From the NCBI GenBank assembly GCA_951406725.2, contig OX597830.1:30008001-30072000 (forward strand): a stretch of 64,000 bases of DNA. The letters are read 5' to 3'. The stretch is from Octopus vulgaris (Eukaryota). The position numbers and the translations under genes were made by a program. The first letter of the stretch is position 1, and each line of letters starts with the position of its first letter. This document shows positions 43,795 to 57,488 of the stretch, one piece after another. The notes under the pieces were generated by a model, which saw nothing but the letters and a program-made list of their open reading frames with translations, did no database searches and was not told where the DNA came from.

Positions 43795-44628
43795 CTTTTA
43801 CTTGTTATAGTTATTGACTGCTGCCATGCTGAGGCAGCGCCTTGAAATTTTAGTCAAATATACCGGCCAAACTACTTTTTTTAAGCCTAGTACTTATTCT
43901 ATCGGATTTTGCCAAACCGCTAAGTTATGGGGACGTAAACAAACCAACATTGGTTGCCAAGCGATGGGGCTGGGCGGTGGACAAGCACAGACACAAAGAC
44001 AAAGACACATACATATACGTACAGGATGACTCCACAAAAAATAGAACCCACAAAATTTTGGATAAAAGTGTTAGACTAAAACGACGCAGAAGGATAGACG
44101 GAAATGAACAGTGGTTCCAGCAAGACGGGACCAGCCCCACGCATCATATGACTCCATAACCTTGGTGAGCGAGCGACATCAGGAGAGACTGATCAGCAGA
44201 GAGTGTGACGCTGAGTGGGTACCGCATTCACCGGACTTGAACCCCTCCCCCATAGATTTTTATCTGTTGGAAAATCTCAATCCAGGACAATCCTCAAACA
44301 ATTGGGGAACTGAAGGCAACGATCACAGCAGAAATCAGGGAAATCCCCAAAGAGGAATGTGTTCGAGTAATTGACAAGTTTGCGCTACGTATGCCGTTTT
44401 GAACATATTTTGAAAAGAACATGACTTTTATGCAAAGGGATTGATGGTGTACAGACCAAAGTTTGCTGGACCTTTGTAGGATTTAATAACATTTGTATGG
44501 GTTCTGCTTTTTTTTTGTAGTGTCACCCTGTACATGAATACGACGGACTTCTTTCAGTTTCCGTCAACCAAATGCACTGACGAGGCTTTGGTTTTCTCGA
44601 GGCTGCAGTAGAAGACACTTGACTCAAA
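43795..44628 (-). mobile_element. SINE family A split by a Tc1/mariner insertion
   Basis: 3' half at 43795-44019; continuation at 44533-44628. Confidence 0.85.
44022..44530 (+). mobile_element. Internally deleted Tc1/mariner-superfamily element with TIRs and TA duplication
   Basis: WFQQDG, WVPHSPDLNP and PQTIGELKATITAEIREIP motifs. TIRs CAGGATGACTCCACAAAAAATAGAACCCA and TGGGTTCTGCTTTTTTTTTGTAGTGTCACCCTG, each flanked by TA. Confidence 0.92.
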
Positions 44629-45855
44629 GCTAAAATTTAGTCGATTAACTCGACACTAGTATGGTATTTTATTTCAATTTATTTTATCTATTCCAAAATG
44701 ATGTAAGGAGTTGTTGACTTCTGCAGGATTTAAACAACCAGAATAATCTTCGAAACGTTATTTACTACATTTTATTGACATCCTTAAAATTAGCACAAAA
44801 CCATGCAGTTTGGAGAAGAATCATACGAAAACCAACTTTTCAAATAATGCTACTTCAGTGTATTTTCTCCACTGTCTGCAGATTCTTTCATCTCTCATCC
44901 ACTTTTAGAGACGCCATATAAGGTAAATGCGCAATGATGTTTTATTTCTACTCCAACTCATCTCTGAGCAAGCAAACGTATGAGAAGTGTTGGGATCGTC
45001 ACAGTATCACTCTTACTTTTGCGAAGACATTGTCCATCAAGGGCTACATTGTTTGATGTCTCCTTAATTTTTGTAAGTCGATGCGAAGGAAATGTGCGTC
45101 CAGTTTCTTGTAGGTTGATCGACTGCGTAGATTCTCCATCTTACTTGTCTGCTATGTTATCTTTTAACCTCAAGTCAACCTGAATATAAACTTACGAAAA
45201 TACTGGGTTTTTCTTTTTGTATTAATTCAAAGTATATCCCTGACTAAATTTTCTTTTTTTTTTTTCTGTCTTTCCGTTTAAAACAATGCAAAGTTCTTTA
45301 AGAATACCGGGCTGCAATTTCTAGCAGGATGAGCGACACTATAAACGATCCTTCGTTAACTAAGATAACTGTTGCTTTCATATTCGTTGCTGCTGTTTAT
45401 ATTACCCTAACGTCAACCCTAAAATTCCAGAAGTATAATTCATTCTACAATTGACACAGAGCCTGGAATTTGGTAGGAGGGGTGCTTCGATTAAATCGAA
45501 TCCCACCGCTTTGCTACCAAATTTGCAATAGAATGCGAAGACGGACAATATGCTGTATTTTGGCTGGCATGCAAATGATTCAACCAGCCCGCAACTTTTC
45601 AGCAGAAATATAAGAGTATAATGTGATGACCAATCGCTGAGTTTATTCAGAAATACTGTATTTCAAATGTCTTAGATACAACTATACGCAACATTGACGT
45701 TGTTCTCGTTAAAGGGCTTATAAATATAAAGATGCTAATATGCTTACTAATATGCTTACTACGTTGAACATATATATTCTATACACCTATGTTTGTTTGT
45801 TTGTCCTCTATCTTTAATATATATGTGTGTATGTGTGTAAATGTATGAGTATGTG

Positions 45856-45936
<81 letters not shown>

Positions 45937-46680
45937 ATTATATCATTTTGGCTACTTTGACAAATATAGCATCTCGTATAGCCCATCAGGTAAATTCTTG
46001 TTAATCAATGGGCAGTATTTGTCTACCATCTCCATGTGGTGTATCCGTCGTTCAATTTCTGGTTTTAAGTTTATTGTTCATTGAGAATTATATTCGGTAT
46101 TAGCCCCTTAAACGTACTCTTCGAGATGGACGGTGCGACCACTTACAGTACTTGTCATATACAGTAGATACATTTACTACAGCATCTTTATGTATGAATG
46201 CATGTCAGTGCATCTACTTGTATGCATGTATGCATAAAAAATGCATCAGTGGCGTTTTTCTGCATGAATGCAAAGCATTAAATACGTGATTATATAAATG
46301 AATGCAAATGCCACATCCGATTTTAATATTTGATTTGCCACTTGTTTTCATAATACACACCTGGAAAGGTGCTACACATGCAGTTGTGGCTCTTAAAAAA
46401 TCACGCTCTGGCTTGTTTTTTTTATATGTATGTATGCATACATGCGCATTTCTGCGTATATATATACATACATAGACATCAATGCATATATTGTCATACG
46501 TATAAGTATGCTTCTATATGTATATATATATATATTACTTCTTTCAGTTATTTGAATGTAGCCACACACACATGTATGTATGTATATATGTGTGTGTGCG
46601 TATACATACACAGACATGTATGCATATACATACATATATATTCATACGTATATGTATGCTTGTGTATATATATATATATG

Positions 46681-46729
<49 letters not shown>

Positions 46730-46792
46730 TTATATATATATGTGTATATATATATATATATGTATATATATACATATATACATACATACACA

Positions 46793-46870
<78 letters not shown>

Positions 46871-47519
46871 AAAGCCACTACTGGACCATAGCTTCAAGTT
46901 TTATACATCAACACAAGCAATCGAAACGTCAGATGGATAATAACCAAACATTCTTTTCATGGACCAGTAGACTTCTTTATATCCTCTATATAAATAGATA
47001 GGAGTGTGTAAGTGTCATGTGTGTGCATGCGCCTGAGTATGTATGTGTGTTTTGAAAGTATACTTAGGCATACTAATATAGATCCCACAGAGTTTACGTG
47101 AAATGCTTTCAAGTAGGTTTACATTTCATTCTACCTTTTTTTTTTTTTTTTACTTTTTTAGGCTATGTTTTCATTTATATATTTATTGTCATTAGTTTTA
47201 CACCTGGCTGAATTTGTTTAGCTGAACTAATTAATGACACGTGAACGATGCACTGGACACAAATTGTATCATTAATGTGAACATCGCTTGACCAAAGTGA
47301 AACAACATGGCTGAATTCATTATTCTACCTTGCCATAAATACGTGACGCTGCATTTGTTTACATATTCACGTTTACAGACGCATTGATAAATGTATACAT
47401 ACGTATTTGCAACGATAGTCGCACACACACATTGCGTACGGGCATATATTTCTGCGCCTATATATATATATATATATATACATATATATATGTATGTATG
47501 TATGTGTATATATAAATAA

Positions 47520-47591
<72 letters not shown>

Positions 47592-47831
47592 TACATATTT
47601 ACATTAATACATACATGCATAGATATATATATATTTATGTGCATATACATATGTATACTTATGTATATTTGTGAGTATCTACACACGAATATATACATGT
47701 ATACTTATATATATACACATATACACACATATATCTATATATGTATATGTATATATATATTTGTATATATGTATGTATGTATATATATATGTATATATAT
47801 ATGTGTATGCACACCCATTTATACATATTTA

Positions 47832-47862
<31 letters not shown>

Positions 47863-48758
47863 CTGTGTATGCATGCATGTATATGTATATATGTGTGTGT
47901 GTGTGAGTGTCTGTGTACATACGCATGTTTGTATATATTTGTCTGTGTATGTATGTATAGATGTATATTTATAATACCAAAGTGCTATTTAAATTTGTCT
48001 TTTGCAGTATCATGTTTTTATGCTTTGTGAAGTACATCGATTGAAAATGAATTCGCGATGATTGCTGTGACTGCTTTTATTGAAGTCGGTAAAAGTTGCA
48101 TGGCAAATGTGGTCAAAAGGTTTGCTTATACTGTATCGATGTCCTTGCTATTAATAGGTATTCTTGAAGATGTTACAGTGAAGTCAGTAACCGTTTCCTC
48201 TTTCGTTTTCCCCCAATTCTGAATATGGCAATTTGTAGATTTTACCTATATCTTGAGATTGGAGTAATTGTACGTAGAGGTTTACAAGCAAAACAAATGA
48301 ACAAAACGTGCTCTATTGATCAACCCCTATGAATCGGCATCGCGCAAACGACCGTGCTTTCGTATCATAGACAATCACTGAGTTGGTTTTTGTACATTAA
48401 TATTTACAAATATGCGGGCACGAACGAAGATAGGCTCTCAGTCACTCACTCTCTTTCTCTCTGTCTTTCTATGTGTGTGTATATATATATATATATATAA
48501 ATGTGTGTGTGTTTGTGGGTGTGTTCTTTGTGTGAGTGTGAATAAATACGCACACATACATAAATACATATATACATATAAATTATAATACATATTGGAT
48601 TTTTCTCATAAGGTATTGGAATCTTACATATATACCATTCTGCCTAAAAAAAATGGATCTACAATCTCAATATCGCTACATCAATTTTCTTTCCTCCACC
48701 TCACTCTCTATTTTTTATCCTATCTAAATTAACTATTACTTAACCATCCTCTCACACC

Positions 48759-48810
48759 GTCTCCGATGAAAGAATATAGTTAATAAACATCTTGGAAACA
48801 GCTGTAAGAC
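48759..48810 (+). ncRNA. PLE-type minimal hammerhead motif (core variant CCGATGA), within a PLE remnant at about 48590-48880
   Basis: GTCT-CCGATGA-AAGA...TCTT-G-GAAAC-AGCT-GTA-AGAC; palindromic stem III ACAGCTGT. Confidence 0.6.
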
Positions 48811-48906
48811 CATCTATCTATAAACGTTCTAATATCTACACAGCCTTGGTTTTTTATCTCATTACGCAAAAAATTCTTATATACATATAGACATATATAT
48901 ATATAT

Positions 48907-48941
<35 letters not shown>

Positions 48942-48966
48942 CATGCACACATATATATATATATAT

Positions 48967-48997
<31 letters not shown>

Positions 48998-49346
48998 CAT
49001 ACATGCACACATATACGTATATAAGTATACACTTATATATACATGTGTGCATGTTCGTGTATTAAGTAAATGTGTGGGGAAAAGAGAGAGAGAGAGAGAG
49101 AGAGAGGGGAGGAGAGGTTTAGGTGATGTCCAAATTCCAAGAGGCTCCCCGGTTTCTGTGTTTGAGAGAAGTTCGAAAAATATAACCTGTACCCACATCA
49201 TACGGACACATAGGAAATTACATTCGCAGACACACACATATATCACACGTGCACATAAATTGCTGCACATATAGATTTCTATATGCATAACTCTTAAAAT
49301 ATACATATACATGCTATATATGCATACATAACATTCATACATATAA

Positions 49347-49399
<53 letters not shown>

Positions 49400-49404
<5 letters not shown>

Positions 49405-49567
49405 GACAGGCGTTTTTCAGTTTCCGCCTACCAAATCCACTCACAAGGCTTTGGTGATCCCGAAGTGAGAGTACAAGACACTTGCCCAACGAGCCACGCG
49501 GTGGGAGTGAAACCGGAACCATGTGGTTGGTAAGCAAGCTACTTACCACAAAGCTACTCCTGAGCCT
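49400..49567 (-). mobile_element. SINE family A, 5' half
   Basis: CAGTTTCCGCCTACCAAATCCACTCACAAGGCTTTGG...GCTACTTACCAC. Confidence 0.85.
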
Positions 49568-49737
49568 ATTTATATATGCATGTTTATATATCCTTGTTAG
49601 GATATATAAACATGCATTTCTGGCAGAAGAAAGCTTCTTTCCTGGAATAGAAAGTCTAAAGTGATGAGATTAGCTATATATTTATGCAGAAGTTGACAGA
49701 AGCGATTGCAAAAAGCCGGTGCTGTGTTATTCTTTTT

Positions 49738-50079
<342 letters not shown>

Positions 50080-50081
50080 AC

Positions 50082-50157
50082 GGGCATATGGTGTAGTAGT
50101 TAAGAGCGCGGGTTACTAACCCCAACATTTCGAGTTCGATTCCAGGCAGTGACCTGA

Positions 50158-50213
<56 letters not shown>

Positions 50214-50394
50214 TTTAACAACAACAACATCAAAAAATACCATAGTAATGAGAACCCAGGTTCGAAATTACCCCAAGACACCTGATGAAGGCTGGAGGGT
50301 ATATCAGCCGAAACGTTGTGTTAACAAGATAAGGACAACTATTGTAAATAATGTAAATAATGTACATAATTCCTCATCTCTTAAACATAGAACT
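50082..50394 (+). mobile_element. tRNA-head, (TAA)n and PLE-type hammerhead element
   Basis: GGGCATATGGTGTAGTAGTTAAGAGCGCGGGTTACTAACCCCAACATTTCGAGTTCGATTCC (A box, anticodon arm, B box), then (TAA)n, then the HHR at 50277-50322. Confidence 0.85.
50277..50322 (+). ncRNA. Minimal type I hammerhead ribozyme, intact core
   Basis: Stem I GACAC/GTGTT; CTGATGA plus one extra A; stem II GGCTG/CAGCC; GAAAC-GTT with palindromic AACGTT stem III (dimer type). Confidence 0.75.
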
Positions 50395-50424
50395 GTTCTT
50401 TTTGTTTTGCTTTTTTTTCTGTAG

Positions 50425-50646
50425 AAAGCCATTGCAACAGAATCAATGCGAGATAACAGAGAATTAACAAAAATATCCAGTACATCAGAAGAAGGGCAAG
50501 AAGTTAACATAGAAGATATTCGAAGAGGCAGCGCTACCGAAGTTCCAATGGCGAAATTATTACTAGCGTATAGCAAAAATGCTTCGTTATCAGACGTAAG
50601 GTTCGTGCTCTTTGGCACAAGGGAGCGGAAAACGTTCAAGATGCAC
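50425..50646 (+). CDS. Probable internal coding exon (KAIATESMRDNRELTK...RRGSATEVPMAKLLLAYSKNASLSDVRFVLFGTRERKTFKMH); product unresolved
   Basis: Strong polypyrimidine tract plus TAG acceptor ending at 50424; 74 open, non-repetitive codons; donor CAC|GTATGG (alternative GAC|GTAAGG after 50595). Confidence 0.6.
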
Positions 50647-51024
50647 GTATGGAAGATGTGTTAGCGTTACCACATTATCACTACCACCACTTTCATCGTC
50701 CTTATCGTCATTGTCTTCATTTTCATCTTCATCATCAACATCACCATCCACATTACCCCATTGATTTTTATTAATTTTGTCTGCATTACAATTTGTTCTT
50801 GGTCAAGTTTCTTAACTATTCCCATGAATGAAAAGTATGACAATTTACGAAAAAAAAAATGGTTTAACGATTCATAATGAAGCGATCGCTTTAAAGTTGT
50901 TAATTATTATCCGTGTAGGGAGAGATACCAATTTCCACAAGACTTTTGAAATTTGAATGAGCAATATTTTATTTAATGCTTGAGAGACTTAAACCATCCG
51001 AAATTTTACGTAGCACATCCTATA

Positions 51025-51488
51025 TATGTGTCTTGCAAACAACTTGCACATGCAAGTGCTACCAGTTAAAAGCTCCGTATATCGGAAGCTAGCAAGTGTA
51101 TGGGGTCATCAGGAGAGAATGCGCGCCGTTTCGGGGCCTACCTCTCGACGGCATCAATGCGCACCGGCCCCCTTACTGATATGAGGCCCCGCTTGCTAGA
51201 TCAGCTGGTTATGAAGAACTCAATATACTTCTAGCCATCGCTCATCGTCTCTTTTTAACCAAATCCAGTGGCTAGCCTTCTCCACTGTAGATTGGATATC
51301 AGTCATGGTGGTATTGACTTTACGATGAGTTAGGCCTAACGATAACAACAGTCGTCTCACGCTGTGTCCTACAAACCCTCTACATCCGACTTCGATAGGA
51401 AAATGTTCCGCTTTCCAGCCTGCGTCTTCACATTCCTCGAGGAGGTTTTCATAATGGTTTAATTTTCGAGCTCGAGCGGCGTGCATAT
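51025..51488 (-). mobile_element. 5'-truncated RLE-type non-LTR retrotransposon, HERO-like (ORF C-terminus plus 3' UTR)
   Basis: RKLNHYENLLEECEDAGWKAEHFPIEVGCRGF...VEKASHWIWLKR matches the restriction-like endonuclease C-terminus (RKxxKY, PxEVGCRG, ASxWxWxKR) of HERO/R2-group elements. Confidence 0.88.
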
Positions 51489-51489
51489 T

Positions 51490-52915
51490 ATAATAGTGGT
51501 TTCAATTTTTAGCACAAATCCAGCAAATACAGGGGAAGGAGTGAGTCGATTACATCAACTCTCTGTGCGCACCTGGTACTTGTTTTATTGATCCCAGTAC
51601 TCAGCTGGTCTTTCTATTATCGTGGTCCTTATATTATCGATCCCATTGCTCAACTGCTATCATTTTATCGACCTCAGTGTTCAACCAGTACTTCTTTTAT
51701 CAACTGGTACTTAACCGGTACTCATTTTATCGACCCCAGTGCTTAACTAGTCCGTATATTATTGTGATCATTATATTATTGACCACAATTTTCAACTGGT
51801 ACTTATTTTATCGTGCTCCTTATTTTATTGATTCCAATGCTTAACTGGTTCTAATTTTATCGACCCGAGTGTTCAATTGGTCCTTATATTATCGTGGTCT
51901 TTATATCTTTTTATATTTCCTTATTGCCCACAGGGGGCTAAAAATAGAATGGACAAACACGTACAGAAAAGGGATTAAATCGATTACATTGACCCAAGTG
52001 CGTAACTGGTACTTAATTCATCGACCCCGAAAGGATGAAGGGCAAAGTCTACCTCGGCAGAATTTGAACTCATAACGAATTTGAACTCAGACGAAATAGC
52101 GCTGAGTATTTCACCCGGCGTGCTAACGATTCTGCCAGCTCGCCGCCCTCCATTGTGGTCCTTATATTATCGAGCTCAACTGGCACTTATTTTATCGACC
52201 ACGGTGCTCATCCGGTAGTTATTTTTATTGACCTCACTGATCAACTTGTCCTTATATTGTCGACCCCTGTGCTTAACTGATGCTTCTTTTATCGACCCCA
52301 GCCCTTAACTGGTACCTATTTTATCGACACCAGTTCTCCATTGGTACTTATTTTATCGGGCCCGAAAGGATGAAATACAAAGTCGACCTCCGCGAAATTT
52401 GGACTCAGAACGTAAAGAAAATCGAAATGCTTTTAAACATTTTGCCCGGCGTGCTATCCACATAGCTAGCTCGCCGCCTAATCTGTTTATTGATATTGGT
52501 TTGAAATTATGTCACAAGGTCAGCAATTTTTATGGTGGGGCTAAGTCGATTACATCTACCCCAGTGTTTAACTTGTACTAATTGTATTGCCCCTTCAGCG
52601 TAATTTGAACACTGAGTATAAAGACGGACGAAATGCTGCCAAAGATTTGGCCTGGAATGCTAACCATCCTGCTAGCTCACCACCTTCACAACTCGTCAAG
52701 TAATAATTGTTTTAAATTTCTGCACACGTTCAGCATTTTCTAGGAAGGTGCTAGTCGATAACATCGACCCTAGTGCTAATCTAGTACTTATTTTATCGAG
52801 CCCGAAAGGGATGAAAGGCAAAGTCAACCTCGACGGAATTTGAACTCGGAACTTAAAAAGGGACGGGATGCCGATAAACATTTCGCTCGGCGTGCTAACG
52901 ATTCTGCCAGACGGG
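51490..52915 (-). mobile_element. SINE family B cluster with SINE-derived ~30-bp minisatellite
   Basis: Heads end at about 52148, 52478, 52686 and 52910. Repeats of TTTTATCGACCCCAGTGCTCAACTGGTACTTA-like units at 51545-51900 and 52150-52360. Confidence 0.88.
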
Positions 52916-53710
52916 CATTCGTTAAGTGGTATTAGCAGGAAATATTGAAAATTACCATTTGAACGTATTAACATATTGACTGCCAGACACATTCTTCTTA
53001 TCTCTGTTATGCAATGATATGCAACACTGAAACATTTTCTCTGTCTGTTTGTCTCTCTCTCACTCTATCTATCGATCGATCTATGTATACATACATATAT
53101 ACATACATACATGTATATATATATACACACACACATACACACAAATATATGTATCTGGGTGTATGTGTGTGTGTACGAACATATATACATACATGCATAT
53201 ATGCATATACAAATACACACGCGCGTACATATTTATCACAAGGAATGGTCAAATATGACGCATTGAAGTGATTAGAAGGTAAAGAATTTTCACTGAGCCT
53301 AAAGCAGACTCTGACCCTGCAGCTGAAGCGAACCATGTTCCTTTCTTTTTATTTAGTCGGTCACACTCATTGGAACACACATACACATACGTTAGACACA
53401 TCCATATTTACATCCACTCACACAGACCTTCTTTCCCACATCTACATACATGGATACACACAGACATACATCTATACGTTTGTACGCACACACATGCATA
53501 CATACATACATACAAACATATATACGTACGTACATAACAGCATATCTCTTTCCACGATTAATCTACACTAGGTATGAGTCAGCTGATTAGAGACGATTAA
53601 CGTCCGAACGAATGACTTAATGTTCACATACTTGTCAATTAAGCATTAAGCTCCAAACCACAGAAGTGATATTTCTCAGTTGCCCTCTCTAGTATTTTCA
53701 TATATATATA

Positions 53711-53823
<113 letters not shown>

Positions 53824-53851
53824 TATATGTGTGTATATATATATACATATA

Positions 53852-53923
<72 letters not shown>

Positions 53924-54578
53924 TCAGTCACTCATTTTCTATGCCTCTGGCAATGTTTCTCCCTCCCTACATATCTCTCTGTTCCTCTCTATCTCTATCT
54001 ATCTATCTATCTTTATCTTGCTCTCTTCCCTCTCCCCCCCCTCTCTCTCTCTCTCTGTTTCATTTTATTATCTTTATCTCCAGCTTTCTCCGGACTTCCA
54101 CTCTTTCTCCCTTTTGTATTTTAGATCCTTAACTCTTCCGCATGATAAGATATTTTGCAAGGCAAAAACGATAAATATCGGGCCAACAAAGAAGTACCCC
54201 GGTTGAAGGTATTAGCTACTAAGTATCCGCCAGAAATAAGCTATGAAAAACATATATACAGAAATATTAAGCTGGAACATATGTTGCTGATTGCTACGGT
54301 TGGATTAACAGATTTGTTCCAACTTAGTTGGTTCTGTGAACAAACGTTATACTATTCACCAACTATTTCATACAGCTTGTTTCGCACCCCTTTGAAGTAT
54401 TATGGTGCTTGTGTGCTTGTATGTGTATATGTATGTACATACATGTGTATATGTATATACGTACATGCATACTTACATATATGTATGTAATATATATGCA
54501 TATACATATGTATGCATATATGTATACGTATATACGTAAAAATGTACATATATACATATATATGTACATGTACATATT

Positions 54579-54628
<50 letters not shown>

Positions 54629-55444
54629 TGTATGTATGTATGTATGTATGTATATGTATTTATATATGTTTGTATATATGTATGTGTGTATATATGTATA
54701 TTTATTCCTAATTTGATACAGTAATTTTTATAATGTTGAATTCTGAAAGTGGAGAAGGAAGTGCATGCTTGTATGTGTAGAAAGAAAGAAACTAAAAGCA
54801 AGAGAGAGAGAGAGAGGAGAGAGAAAGAGAGAGGGGGAGAATGGGAAAGAGAACGGATGATAAATCAGTATAATTGACACGCACACTTACACACGTTTCC
54901 ACAAACTCGAATAAAGAGATAGATTGAGAGAGAGAGAGTAAGGGAGTAAGAGGGGTGATGTGGGGAGAAGGACAATCAAAGGAGAAGATGTACATAATCA
55001 TTTGAGACACACGGATAGATAATAACTGTGTGTTTAAGAGAAGAGTGTGACAGACATGGTGATAGAGAGAGATTCACGGACAATGTAAAAGAGATGGAGA
55101 TACCAAAATAGAGATAGAGAGAGTGGGGGAGGTGGAAAGGAGTAGAGAAAGAGTAAAGAGTAACAGAGTCTTTGAGTAAATGGTGATTGTAAAAGATCTC
55201 TTAATGACTTTGTAAAGTATAAAATAAAAGATTTTGGTAGGCTTCTGGAATATACAATGACCCAACCAATATTAACGCAAAGCTAATCCGATTTGATCAC
55301 AATTTTTGGTGAGCTGATTAAATCACTATGCCAAGCCGTTTGAATGGTGCAGGTCAAATTTTGACACGGAGATCAAAATATGTAAAATCATCCTCAAGAA
55401 TTAATCACTGGCATGGAACGGGGATTAATATTAACACCTGATGG

Positions 55445-55760
55445 AGGGAGCTGGGTTGTTAGGGACGTTACAGCACCGGACAAAATGTATTACTGTATTT
55501 AGAAACGGCACTTTAATTTCTGAGTTCACATTATGCCGGGTCAACTTTTGGCTTTCATCTTTTTGTGTTCGATAAAAATAAAGTACCAGCAGAGTACTGC
55601 AGACGAGATATCAATATTAACGCCTGACATATCGTGCTGGATTGGCAGAATTAGGGAAGTGACAGGACAAAATAAATTGCGGTAATTATTTACGAATTTT
55701 TCTGTTCTGAGTTCAAATACCGCTCAGGTCAAATTTGATTTTGCATCCATCTGAAATATG
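55445..55760 (+). mobile_element. Two degenerate family B SINEs
   Basis: TTCTGAGTTCA...GGTCAACTTT.GCTTTCATC...TCGATAAAAATAAAGTACCAG. Confidence 0.65.
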
Positions 55761-56297
55761 AAAATATCGGAGTTGATACGTGTGATTGAATTCTTCGCCG
55801 TGTAGATATTAGCTGCCTGCACAAAGAATTACGTTTGCAGAATAAATTATGGCTATGGTCTCTCTATAAGTGAGCCGAGTGAAAGCAAAAATATTGTCAT
55901 TGGTCATTATGTTTCTGACTGTCTGACTGCGTAACAATTTATCTATCTAATAAATGCATAAACAAAATGTGTGTCTATTCAGTTCCACGTGTTACTGTGA
56001 ATAATGTTTTTTTTTTCTGTTTAAAAGAGACCTTCTTTATATATACATGCTGAAATATATATGTGTGTGCGTGTGTGTGTGTGCGCGCGCGCGTGTGTGT
56101 ATATATACATATATCTATATTTCTATATATATACATATATATTAATATAATTGAGTAGTTGAATGAATTATCTTATTATGGATAATTCGGTTATAACGGA
56201 ATATTTTAAAGAAACACTCATTATCGCTATGGGCTCCGTGTGGGCAGTCATCTAAAAGTTTTTTTTGCGCATCTTGATGCTGACACAAGTTCCTTGT

Positions 56298-56380
56298 TTT
56301 TCCTGATGAGAAGGCGGTATAATGCACCCCTTATTCCTTCGAAATTAGGAATATGCAGCCTTCGAAACGTATGTCGAAAG
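56298..56380 (+). ncRNA. Type I hammerhead ribozyme, intact core, long stem II, within a PLE remnant at about 56140-56425
   Basis: Stem I TTTTC/GAAAG; CTGATGA; stem II GAAGGC/GCCTTC enclosing a TATTCCT/AGGAATA hairpin; GAAAC-GTAT-GTC. Confidence 0.75.
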
Positions 56381-56459
56381 TAAAGGAATTTTGTTAATTC
56401 GTCGTTCAACTCCATTCTTTCATTTATATATATTAATATATATATATATATGTATATGC

Positions 56460-56566
<107 letters not shown>

Positions 56567-56779
56567 CAGACACACACACACACACACAAAACTAAAGCAA
56601 TTGAATAAACGAAGGGCAGCTAGAGCAGAGATGAATAACGGTATATTAGATGCTGTATGAGAAATGAAATTTATATATACTTCGCGTAAATCCCTACGTC
56701 TACCGAACGAAAAGTGAAGATAGTCACATGGATGGTATCCATATTTCTCATTAACACAACATCAGACTGGGTATATACA

Positions 56780-56870
<91 letters not shown>

Positions 56871-56908
56871 CAAATGAAATAAAATGAAAAACAGGGCACA
56901 AAGGATGT

Positions 56909-57003
56909 TGCGGTACATATGTTTCGAGCTTTATAGAACAACTTATTCTTACATCAATGCGTAATCGCCATAACAGATAGTTCAAAAGCCCTCTTCAGCC
57001 GCA
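56909..57003 (-). ncRNA. Type I hammerhead ribozyme, intact core
   Basis: Minus strand TGCGG-CTGAAGA-GGGCTTT...AAAGCTC-GAAAC-ATAT-GTA-CCGCA; palindromic stem III ACATATGT. Confidence 0.78.
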
Positions 57004-57203
57004 TGCAATTGCTACACCAAAGACTTGTATCACATTATGAAAGTTTTCAGAAAAAAAACATTTGGTATTGTTTATTATGGTAGGTAAACCGAGTATCACT
57101 GGGAAAGTATGTTTGTAAATCTTCATAGGCGTACATGGTATTATTAGACTCCAAAAGAAATCGTCCGTACCGTTTTCTCACTCAATATAGAATGAACATA
57201 TAG

Positions 57204-57268
<65 letters not shown>

Positions 57269-57303
57269 GTATGTATGTATGTATGTATATATATGTATAT
57301 ATA

Positions 57304-57458
57304 CGTTGTCGGATCAATAAGTATCAGGACTGTTGCTATAGTAACGAAGCTAAATCACGCAGAGTAAACCGCTTGGCACAGACTGACATTGATCTAACTT
57401 GTGCATGCACACTAAGTGTCTAAGTCTTAACGTTCTAGCTCACTTCCGCCGTTTACAC
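57304..57458 (+). mobile_element. Terminal fragment of the same mariner family as 29292-30094
   Basis: GATCAATAAGTATCAGGACTGTTGCTATAGTAACGAAGCTAAA...AACGTTCTAGCTCACTTC matches the reverse complement of 29988-30090. Confidence 0.85.
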
Positions 57459-57488
57459 CAATTATAATTCAATTATAATGATAAATTA

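Noticed and set aside
50082-50155. Functional tRNA gene (also considered at 19000-19072, 23750 and 27926)
   Set aside because: No acceptor-stem closure and continuous with repeat bodies; these are SINE heads.
50662-50880. A-to-I readthrough of TAG into a hydrophobic, TM-like stretch after the exon
   Set aside because: The downstream sequence is a degenerate (CAT/CAC)n tract typical of introns here; splicing is the simpler explanation.
51545-52360. CRISPR-like array of ~30-bp repeats
   Set aside because: No unique spacers, degenerate units derived from SINE family B, eukaryotic context and no cas genes.
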